Shown here piece by piece: positions 10,224 to 19,900 of a DNA stretch of 64,000 nt. The notes under the pieces are model-generated. The model had not been told where the DNA came from, ran no database searches, and saw nothing but the letters and a program-made list of their open reading frames with translations. The DNA lies in IMG/VR virus record IMGVR_UViG_2579778660_000001; one strand, written 5' to 3'. Position numbers and translations under genes: made by a program. Positions within the stretch are counted from its first letter, which is position 1, and every line of letters starts with the position of its first letter. The DNA comes from a virus. Lineage: Duplodnaviria; Heunggongvirae; Uroviricota; Caudoviricetes.

Positions 10224-11222
10224 ATGCAATCACTGAATACTGTTACGGATCGCTTCTCCCTGGTAGAGAAAATCCGCAAACACACACCGCAGAACAACCG
10301 AAATTACGTCATTCAGTCGGTACGAGACACATTCAACTCGCCAGAAACAAAAGAGCGTATCGCGCTGGGTGAGATGTATGGTTATTACGGTCATGGTCGC
10401 CGGGCGATGCACTATAACAAAACGAAAAGCCTGAACTTGCCGGAAGTCTCTGTTGTGATGGTAGATGGGAAGGCTGTTGTATTGGAGAACGTGCCGTCAA
10501 ACAGGACTATCGACATTTCGATTGACGACAACGGCATTGTTACTCATACGCAGGAAATACTGGATACAGACACCGGGCGTATTGTTCAGGGCATGATTAA
10601 TTCTGGTGCTGGTGGTTGGTCGTGGGCTACATCTGGTCCAGATTCATCGGTATCCCTGGTAAAGTCTTTCCACGGCTTTGATTACGTAACTGTGCCTAAC
10701 TATATCAGCCTCGACAAGAAAAGCCTGATGCTTGAAGCAGCAGAAGAGCGCGATGCGGCTATTCATGCAGCACTTATCGAACAAGGTTTTACCGATAACG
10801 CTGCTACGGATCTGGTTCACCACTTTTCAGCAATGAAAAACCAGCAAGCCATGCTCGAATCTGCACATCGTGAAGCCCTGGAATCAGAATTGATGCTCCT
10901 TGAAGTGGAAAACATACAGCTTCGAGATAAGCTGCGCGCTCAAACAGCGATGATGGAAAGCCAGGGGGAAAATGCAAAGCAATGCCGCCGGATTTTGCGT
11001 GACGCTATCCAGGAAATGCCTGTTTTTATCAGCGCAGAACAGCGCCGGGCGCTCTGCCGTATGCAGTCTGAAGATGATGCCCGCATAGTGGCTGCGATGC
11101 TTGAATCTCTTGGGGCAAATGCTACTTATGGCTTACCGGTATCAGGCAAGAAAGAACCAGAGTTATCACCGAAGGAGAACAAAAACACCACCCCGTTACT
11201 CTTCGTTTCGCGACGGGCATAA
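10224..11222 (+). CDS. head scaffolding / prohead protease-like protein, 332 aa
   Basis: GGAGGG RBS; coiled-coil C-terminal half; position immediately after the portal gene. Confidence 0.4.
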   Translation: MQSLNTVTDRFSLVEKIRKHTPQNNRNYVIQSVRDTFNSPETKERIALGEMYGYYGHGRRAMHYNKTKSLNLPEVSVVMVDGKAVVLENVPSNRTIDISIDDNGIVTHTQEILDTDTGRIVQGMINSGAGGWSWATSGPDSSVSLVKSFHGFDYVTVPNYISLDKKSLMLEAAEERDAAIHAALIEQGFTDNAATDLVHHFSAMKNQQAMLESAHREALESELMLLEVENIQLRDKLRAQTAMMESQGENAKQCRRILRDAIQEMPVFISAEQRRALCRMQSEDDARIVAAMLESLGANATYGLPVSGKKEPELSPKENKNTTPLLFVSRRA

Positions 11223-11233
11223 CCGTCGAATGA

Positions 11234-11250
11234 AATCAAATTTCTAACAT
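11234..11250 (-). promoter_or_regulatory. operator-like site (ATGTTAGAAATTTG on the minus strand)
   Basis: One of about 12 copies of the ATGTTAGAAAACTAATT-type motif; adjacent 18-bp palindrome AGTGTATTTATATACACT. Confidence 0.5.
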
Positions 11251-11337
11251 AGTGTATTTATATACACTGTTGATTCTGTCCGATGTGATCGAGTAGGATC
11301 GCGGTCACTGCTCCGGTAGCGACTGCCAAAAAAAGCA

Positions 11338-11362
11338 AAAGCCGCTGAGAAGCGGCTTTTTG
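11338..11362 (+). terminator. intrinsic terminator (agccgctgagaagcggct + T run)
   Basis: Perfect GC hairpin followed by TTTTT. Confidence 0.75.
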
Positions 11363-11422
11363 GTGTATAAATCCACTGGCATAGATTTATACGGTAGATA
11401 GATTTTTTCACGGAACTATCTG

Positions 11423-12385
11423 GTGAATATTTTAAATTCAGTTTCAGTAACTTTCAACACTTCTGAGTATAAAAACAACACTGAATACCACAAAAAAATC
11501 AAAGGTCATCAGTTGAGTTTTTTTGCTCGTCATATCGGTCTTCTTTCCCCTTCACATAGCGCCATTATTGCCGAGTTCGCCAACCTGGCAGGGGCTACCG
11601 ATGAATACATGATCCGTCGCTCATATGCTGATATGTCCGAGATTACAGGACGCAGTATTTCTACTGTACGCCGGGCATTTGCTGAAGCGACGAAGTGCGG
11701 AATGCTTGTTAGGCAACATCAGGTAGCGAATAACAATGCCCAGGTGTGTAACGTATATCGGTTTACGACACAATTTCTCCACTTCATTCATGTAGCAATG
11801 GAGATAGGGGGTAAGCAGGGCATCAAATTTGCCAACGCCACAAAACTGGTTAAGCAGTTGATTTCAAAGGTTCGTTATTTTTTTGAAACTGGGAACCCCC
11901 TGTTCAAATTGAACAAGTCCCCCCATGTTCAAAATGAACAGCCAATAGAAAATAAGAGTCACTCTATAGCAAAAAGAAGAGAAAGATCATGCGCGGTTCA
12001 GCCAAAGGCTTCACCAGCAGATAGTTCTCAAGCGGATAATGGGGTGCTGGATAAAAAACCAGTGATCAGGGAAGAACATACCAACCGCTGCCTGGCGGCG
12101 GCAAAAGCGAGAGCTGCAAAGCGTCGTTCAGACGAGGGGCACGCAAAACGGCAGGCTCTGTATCGTACCGCTGAAAAGTTGGCAAAAAAATTTGCATGGA
12201 TACGTAGTGCCGCTACCGCAGTGAATAAGCCTAAACAATCCAGCGCCCTGGATTTCTCAATGGATTATTCTGGCTCCCAGGGGTGTGCAACCATTGGTGA
12301 AGCCTTTGACCTGATGAAACAGCGTGGCTATCGGTCTGAATTTGACCGGGAGGATTGGTCAATCCCTGCGGGATTCAGGGGATGA
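11423..12385 (+). CDS. helix-turn-helix DNA-binding protein (possible replication or immunity regulator), 320 aa
   Basis: Winged-helix-like segment ITGRSISTVRRAFAEATKCGML; basic C-terminal half; GTG start without a clear RBS, so the true start may be internal. Confidence 0.45.
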   Translation: MNILNSVSVTFNTSEYKNNTEYHKKIKGHQLSFFARHIGLLSPSHSAIIAEFANLAGATDEYMIRRSYADMSEITGRSISTVRRAFAEATKCGMLVRQHQVANNNAQVCNVYRFTTQFLHFIHVAMEIGGKQGIKFANATKLVKQLISKVRYFFETGNPLFKLNKSPHVQNEQPIENKSHSIAKRRERSCAVQPKASPADSSQADNGVLDKKPVIREEHTNRCLAAAKARAAKRRSDEGHAKRQALYRTAEKLAKKFAWIRSAATAVNKPKQSSALDFSMDYSGSQGCATIGEAFDLMKQRGYRSEFDREDWSIPAGFRG

Positions 12386-12524
12386 CCTGTGTGCCTACAA
12401 AACATCCCAATGATCGGCAAATGCTCGCTCGATGATTTGTATTAGAAAATTAATTTGCTGTTTCTAAATCGGAATGTATGATCTGCATCATCGACTGAAG
12501 TCATCCATTGCTGAAATTTTTAGT

Positions 12525-12553
12525 TGATCTTCCATGTTTTCAGGCTTATATTC
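12525..12553 (+). promoter_or_regulatory. candidate sigma70 promoter (TTGATC - 17 bp - TATATT) driving the c4/icd-like region
   Basis: Good -35/-10 hexamers with 17-bp spacing upstream of a 240-bp non-coding structured segment. Confidence 0.4.
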
Positions 12554-12559
12554 ATGCCG

Positions 12560-12790
12560 TCGTAGCAAATTCTGCGACCAGGTTTGACAGCCTGAATGTT
12601 AGTGCGGACAACCGCAGATTTCCGATATTGCGGTATTTTTGTGTCCGTAAACCGCGTTACGCCCGAATTATGGTGGGGCGTGATGGGGAGGCTTCGGCCT
12701 GCTGGTTTCACTAACGCCAGTCTGTCAACCCTGTCACGTCCTGCCACCTGTTTGACAGCGGGTAGCAGGTTGTTAAACCTGTTAGTGAGG
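12560..12790 (+). ncRNA. candidate c4-like antisense regulatory RNA region
   Basis: No credible ORF; direct repeats gtttgacagc at 12572 and 12751 with complementary ctgtcaac at 12721; a UUCG tetraloop hairpin (aggcttcggcct); immediately 5' of an Icd-like ORF, as in the P1 immI arrangement. Confidence 0.35.
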
Positions 12791-12798
12791 CCGTAACT

Positions 12799-13023
12799 AT
12801 GGTTAATGCCAATCCTTGCTCACGTCCAGAATTCATCTGGCGTTTCCACTCCCTGCAAAAACACTGCGATCACTTCGCAATTGCCGCAACCGAAAAAGAA
12901 GCCCGTTCTCTGATCCCTGATCAGCATGGTGTTCTTACTGGTCGTTTCTCTACTTCCCCACAACCAAACACTAATCCCTGGTATCGCAATATTACCAATC
13001 CCAGCATTGCGGAGGCACACTGA
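12799..13023 (+). CDS. Icd-like small protein (cell-division-inhibitor family), 74 aa
   Basis: Motif PEFIWRFHSLQKH...AATEKEARS; a diverged paralogue at 51993-52190; translationally chained (TGATG) to downstream small ORFs. Confidence 0.4.
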   Translation: MVNANPCSRPEFIWRFHSLQKHCDHFAIAATEKEARSLIPDQHGVLTGRFSTSPQPNTNPWYRNITNPSIAEAH

Positions 13024-13142
13024 TGGATATCTGCCTTCATGAATGCTTTTAACCGGATGATGTCGGAGGCTGAGCACCGAGGAAAACGCTGGTATCACCC
13101 CAAAATGGGGCAATTCCAGGTGATCGGTTGGGGAGGTGAGTG

Positions 13143-13340
13143 ATGGACATCATGCAGGCGGTAAAAAAAATCAGGGAAGAACAGGCTGAAGTGTGCCGCC
13201 GTAAAGCATGGAGTGTTGGTGTATGGGCCTGGCCTGATAATTACTCTACTACCGGATGGTTTTGTATTAATGGACTCCAGATCCGGGAAGTTGATTTATC
13301 GACGGCTGATATAGTCGGTAATGATTGGTTCGTGACTTGA
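13143..13340 (+). CDS. DUF2829-like small protein, 65 aa
   Basis: GGAGGTGAG RBS with ATG at 13143; motifs A.VCRRKAW and C-terminal GNDWFV; occupies the slot where an antirepressor would be expected. Confidence 0.4.
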   Translation: MDIMQAVKKIREEQAEVCRRKAWSVGVWAWPDNYSTTGWFCINGLQIREVDLSTADIVGNDWFVT

Positions 13341-13348
13341 AGCGTGAT

Positions 13349-13373
13349 GCCCCGGCCTGGTCGGGGCTTTTTT
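13349..13373 (+). terminator. intrinsic terminator (gccccg-gcctggt-cggggc + TTTTTT)
   Basis: Strong GC hairpin and T run between convergent genes. Confidence 0.75.
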
Positions 13374-13858
13374 CATGCCTCATTAGTTGAGGTTGCTGCG
13401 TCTCCGACTGGTAACAGAGCGGTATTGCGTGGTTCGCCAGCAGGCCAGCGATAGCCAGACACTCTTGATGTTGGGAATGCGCGAATATTAACCGCATCCC
13501 CCTGGTTCCCACCCAGGACAAGCAGATCGCCATTGGCGCGGCGTCCGACAACGAAGCCTACGTGCCCACCGCCTACGCGGGTAAATACAACGATACATCC
13601 GTATGCCGGTGTATCTAATTTCTCGCCCCAATCCAGATAGGATTTTGCCGACTCAAATCTTGTTGAGCGGATGCCTACACGTTCCAGCATTGCACCGACA
13701 AATGCTGCGCACCACGGCGTTTCATCGTCTTTAATTCCGCCGCGCTTGATGTCGCGCCAAAACTGAACGATTTCAGGGTTGTGTTTAGCGCCTTTTATTT
13801 CAGTCAGGCCAATGTGCTTACGTGCTTCAATTAGCCAGCGAGGTTCAATGTTTGCCAT
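13373..13858 (-). CDS. CHAP-domain peptidoglycan hydrolase (Cys/His peptidase), 161 aa
   Basis: Catalytic-type motifs PWCAAFV (Cys) and GGHVGFVV (His); divergent from the DarB-like gene. Confidence 0.55.
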   Translation of the reverse strand: MANIEPRWLIEARKHIGLTEIKGAKHNPEIVQFWRDIKRGGIKDDETPWCAAFVGAMLERVGIRSTRFESAKSYLDWGEKLDTPAYGCIVVFTRVGGGHVGFVVGRRANGDLLVLGGNQGDAVNIRAFPTSRVSGYRWPAGEPRNTALLPVGDAATSTNEA

Positions 13859-13932
13859 ATTTTTTTCCGGTCATGGGTTAATAAGTAGGCAAACTATGGG
13901 GGGTATGTGATTTTGACGGTAGTATCGTCCCC

Positions 13933-16900
13933 GTGAAAATAACATTCTCCATACCCTCTCAACCGTACCGCATAGCGGATTTTTTACGGTTTAGAGGGGG
14001 TAATCCTTTGGATAAACTACTTCATTCAATCAGTGAAGCTTCCAGCTTAGGCGAACTGATTGAAATTGTTAGTCGGTTGCATAAATTACGTGCTGTTGCG
14101 ACCTTTGGCGTTAAGAAAGTCGATGGTGTCAGCATTCAAAAAACACGGCGGGCAGCAAACAACGCCGCAGTAGAGCTTCTTAATTCCCTTCCGCCCGGCT
14201 TCGATGGGGCGAAATTAACTGACGAACAGCGTCAGATTCTTGCCGGGTATACCGGTGAAGGCGGCCTGACAGATGGTGAGGGCAGCCAATACGAATACTA
14301 CACGCCACAGTTTATGGCTGAAGGTATATGGGATCTGTTTGCTGACTACGGTATTGATGGCGGGCACGTACTGGAACCATCAGCGGGCACAGGTATTTTC
14401 CAGGAGACAAAACGACAGGGCATGATAATGACCAGCGCCGAACTGTCTCCGATTTCCGGTCGAATAAACCAGCTTTTGCACCCGGAAGACGATGTGAATA
14501 TCGGGGCGTTTGAGGCGCTGGCGGCGAAAGACGCAATGTATGATCACGCTGTTGGTAACGTACCGTTTGGTGAAGGGCGTTCCGGTGTCGCCGGGCTTGA
14601 TCCGGCATATGCAAACGAGAAGAACGTTGGCAATTACTTTGTGCTGCGCACGATCGACAAGGTTAAGCCTGGTGGGCTTATCGTATTGGTGGTGCCGAAT
14701 GGCATGACCGATGGTACGAAATATAAAAAATTGCGCGATAAAGTCAGCCGTAAAGCGGAATTTTTGGGCGCACATCGTATGCCTTCCGGTACGTTCAGCG
14801 AATCCGGTACAGATACCGTGGTGGACGTATGGGTATTGCGTAAACACCCGGAAACCTTCCTGGAGATGATCCCCGACACGGATGATTCAACACTCAAATC
14901 GGCAAACGTCCTTTGGGATACCTTCCTCAAAGGAAAATGGTTTACAACCGAAGGGAAGCGATTTGTTTACGGCGACATGGAACGTACCAGCTTCCGCAAT
15001 ACCCTGGTGGTGAAAAAGGACGGTCGTGTATCCAATGAGTCGATGAAAACCGCGCTATCTCGTCGCTTTGATAGTCGCATCAATTGGGATTTGCTCGGCG
15101 TAACTACTCAGGCATGGCAGGGCGCGAAAGTGGGCGATAAACGCCTAGTAGGCGGCATCTGGCATGAGTTTGATGGCCTGAAATGGGTCAAGGACACGAC
15201 AACCAAATCCTCCGCGCTTGATGTAAGTCGATATGGTGTTTCGACATTCGGTGATCTGCAAACAACGTTCCAATCAACAAACGGCATTCTGGCTCTGTCA
15301 TGGGGGCAGATATCCGCGATCGCTTCCGACTATCCATCGGTTATCAGTGATGAAGTAGCGGCAATGATTCGCTTTGCTGGGAAACAACGCGAAAAAGACC
15401 GTGAGCGCATTATGCGCGGTGCGCTGATCGGGCAACTTATCAATAAAGCGCTGGATAAGCGTAACCTTGGTGAAAACGTCGATGATGAACTGGCTGATGC
15501 CGCACGTCTGACGGCTGCCGAAGTTGCTAAATATGGCCCACCACACGCCATTAAGCTAAACGACATTACCGAAGCGGGCGCGAAGAACTGGCTGACATTC
15601 ACCGGGAACGTCAATCAGGACGGTGAAGCATCCGATCTGCTGTCCGGACGGCTTGATGTTAGCAAAGGGGCTGCTGGTATTGATTTCACTCGTCCGGAAC
15701 AGGTTGTGACACACCTTTTCAGCGATGTTGCCCTTAATCCTATCAATCTTGATGACTTCCGCGAGGCGTTTAAAGGCGAACTGCCAGAAGACGACGATCA
15801 AGCACTGGAATACCTGGCGAAATTCGACGATATCGCTATTGATGGATATGGTTGCCTGCTACCGATGGGCCGTGCCACTAGCGGTGATATTAAATCAAAA
15901 GTGGCACTGCTGGTGGGCTGGCGAGACGCGTCCACAGGAGAGCGGAAGGCCAACTTTGAGCGCCAGCTTTCAAAAATCGAAGAGAAACGCACGTTTACAC
16001 CGCTGAACAAAGTCACGGTAAACCTTAACGCACGGTGGTTGGATCGCCGCCTGATAAAAGAGTTCCTGGCAGAGCAGGGCTATGACGAGTTTAAGTATAC
16101 AGAACCCGACCTTAAGGTTGAGAACGGCATTCTGGTATCCCCGGACGATTACGAAGGTAAGGACGGGGTATTTACTGGCTACCAGCTACGAACCGTAAAC
16201 GGCAAAAACGGGAACGAGTTCAAGAAAGCGAATAACAAAGATGGCTTCCTGAATCAGCTTGAGAACTACCTGAACGGTGTTAAACCGCGCGGACAGAACG
16301 CTAACGAGTACCTGGACAAAATCGCCCAGCTTGAGACGAGTTTTAACGACTGGTTAAGAACTCACCCGCAGGCAGACCAGATCGCCCGCGATTATAACGA
16401 CGCCTTTAACGGTTATATTCCATTTACCCATTCAGACGCACCCCTGGGGCTTGAAGGCATCAGCGGGAAACGTATACCGCTTTCTTACCAGAACGAAGAA
16501 GTTCGTCGTCTGTCGGAAGATGGGCGCGGGATTATGGGATTCGGAACTGGTTTGGGTAAAACGACGACCGCGCTGGCACTGGAAGCCTATAACTTTGAAA
16601 CCGGGCGAACCAAACGTACCTGTATCGTTGTTCCAAAGGCCGTATACCAGAACTGGTATCACGAGGCACAGAGCTTCTACAGTGCAGATGCCTTCGCCAA
16701 TATGATGTTTATCGGTCTGGACGAAGTGCGCGATGGTGACGGAAATATTCAGACTGCCCCAGTGCTCGACCAGGACGGCACCCCGCGACTTGATAACGAC
16801 GGCAATCCGATCACCCGTAATGTTGTTAAAGAATCCGCCAGTGCCGTTATCGCTCAACGCATGAACATGATCCCATCGTCGAACTGGCGAACGGTCATCA

Positions 16901-19900
16901 TGACAAAAGAGCAGTTCGCATCTATCCCGTTGCGCGATGAAACCATCGGAGAAAACTCACAGCAGGCTGTCTTTAATGCCGCCGAAATGGGGCGTCTTGA
17001 CCTGGCGTCAGGCAAGCACCGTGATGCGCAGAAGAAGAACAAGATTAAGGACCAGGCCGCGAATACCGGTACAGCGAAGAAGCAGAATATCCCGTACTTT
17101 GAGGATATGAACTTCGATAGCGTAATTGCCGACGAAGGGCACAACTACCGCAACTCCTTTGGTGCCGGGCGTGAAGCGGGGCAACTGGCATATTTACCTA
17201 ATCCGGCGGTATCCAAAATGGCCCGTGACATGGCTGTAAAAGCTGCGTACATGATGAAACGTCACAATGGGCGCGGCGTCGTAATGCTGACAGCAACTCC
17301 GCTGGTTAATAGCCCTATTGACGCCTTCAACATGCTGTCAACGGTGATCCCTCAGCACGAGTGGATGCACATGGGGATTATTACCCCTGACGACTTTGTC
17401 CGAGTGTTCGGTAAAACAGCCACTGTTCAGGTCCAGAAAATTTCTGGCGAAGTGGAAGAGAAACAGGGGCTGGTGGGCTTCCAGAACCTTGATGGTCTGC
17501 GTGGCATTTTCCACCGCTGGACAACGCTTAAAACGGCTTCCGATGTTGGTGCAACGGTAAAAATCCCGGATATCGTCGAAAACACCTTGCAGATCCCAAT
17601 GACTCCAGAGCAGCAAGCAGCTTATGAAGAGCTTCGTAAACGCGCGCAGGAGTTAAGTCGTGGTGATGACGTCACTGTCGATGATGAAGGCAATATCACT
17701 CGCGGGAAACCGGATGATTTCATTTTCTCTATCATTCGCGACATGGATAAGGTCGCTATCGACCCGGATCTTTACGCCAGCGCTATCACATTCCAGTTCC
17801 CTGTAGAACTTACTGAACAGGTGAAGTCTATAGCTAATAACCTACCAAAAGTGGCTGGTGGGAAAGCGGCAGACGATGCAGAAGAAGCAGAGGAGGATGC
17901 GACCGGAGGCCTGGTCAGTACCCGTACCAGCAAGGTTGTAGCTACAACATTTAGTGAGCATCCAAATCACGTCGAATTGCGTGCCAGCATTGACCTGGAG
18001 GCTGAAATACTCAAGGCAATTGCTGATGCAGGCATCGACATGAAACAGGTGTCACACCCGATCCCGCCTAAGTATGCCGCACTTATCGAGAACCTTCGTG
18101 AAGGGCTTAAGAACGGTAAGCAAATTATCTTTATCGACGAGAAAGCCCAGCACCAGAAACTACGTCGCATCATTGCCAGTGCGTTGCAAATGCCAGAGCA
18201 GGAGATAGGCATTATCAATGCTACGACTGTTAGCCAGGCTGGTGGTGTTAAGCTGAAAAAGGTCAAAAAACCGACCGAACCGACGCCAAACAAAGACGGT
18301 GAATACAAAGAAGGCGCATGGGAAACCTACTACAGTAAACTGGCCCAATATGAGGATTATCTCTCTGCTAAAAATGATGCTGGCCTTGAGGGGATGGAAG
18401 GTATTGCTGCCGACTATAACGAAGGGCGCACGCAAATCATTATCTGTAACAAGAAAGCCGAAGTAGGTATCAACCTGCATATTGGAACGACCGATATTCA
18501 CCACCTGACACTACCCTGGACTCCTGCCAGTATCGACCAACGAAATGGGCGCGGTGCGCGCGTAGGTTCTCCGCAAGAGAAGGTTAATGTTCACTATTAT
18601 TGTGGCAAAGGCACATTCGATGACTTCCGTCTGGATACGCTTAAACGTAAGAAAGACTGGATCAAGATGGTGATGACCTCCGATATGTCAGAGATCGCCA
18701 ATGGTGATGCGGATGACGCTGATGAACGCGCCATTATGCTGGCGGCAAATCCGGAAGAACGACGCGCAATTATGGCTCGTCAGTCGAAAGAACGTGAGGA
18801 ACGCCTGCGACTTAAAGCGCAACGCGAAGCCAATAATGCTCTCGATAACTACCTGAAAGCGGCGAATGCTGCCGGGAAGGATATCGGCATGATGGAGGCA
18901 GAACTGAAAAGCGCGATGGAGCAGGCGCAACGATACCAGAGTGATCTGGATGGACTGATTAAGAGCGGCATCAACAAAAACGGACAGAAATATACGCTTT
19001 CAGCACTAAGCAAAGCTAAAAAAAGAGTGCGTGAATTGCGATTTGCAATCACCAGGGCGAAGGACGCGGATACTGTTATGAAACGCTCTCGTGGTGATGT
19101 GGAGCGTGCTATTAAGTCTGGTGTGCTGGATATCAGTATCGATGTTATTCAGAACCCGCAGGAGTATATGCGCACTGGCAAGAACATCCTGTTGCATAAA
19201 GGTAGTTACTACCGTGCAGTCATTGATGCTGAATACGAGACAACGGCGATTGTACGCGTGACACAAATTGAGGGCGAAAAAGCGCAATACACCTGCCGCG
19301 TCGCCTGGCTGGATAGAGCAAGTCGCAACTCTCGTTCTCCTGGCTCAACCATGACATTACCGTTTGACTCAGTGGTTGAAGCGGTAACATTTGAAGAGGG
19401 GGTGGCTGAATCACGAGAAATAGCGGCACGTGGTGTTCAAAGCCACCAGCTTTCAACCTCTCTTTCTCGCGATCAATTCTATGACGCTATTCGTAGCGGT
19501 GTTATGCGGGTAACTGGGAAAGATCGTGGCGGTTGGCAAGGAGCACCGGATGTAAACTATTGGGCTTATCGTAACGCCAATGGTCAGATTCAAATGGCCT
19601 TTACCTATGGCGGGATGATTGGTCAAAAAATTAGCGCATCTGGAAGTGACGAGATAGCACCTGAACAATGGATTTATCCTGATGTAAACGACGAAGCATT
19701 AAAACGCGAAGTCGCGAAAATCCAGACAGGTGATAACCCACTTCGTATTTCAGAGGCAGAAGGTTTTCTCCGTGCATTGTTTGGCTTCGATTATGAGCAA
19801 GGTATGGAAGCATGGGGCGCTCAGGCCACTATGGATGATGTGGTCAAGGCGTTCGATGGCTGGATGGCAGGGCGCGATCTCTCCGGGCGTTCACTTGAAA

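Noticed and set aside
12508-12796. Overlapping short ORFs on both strands upstream of the Icd-like gene
   Set aside because: No RBS and mutually exclusive frames; the promoter, direct and complementary repeats and a UUCG hairpin fit a regulatory RNA better.
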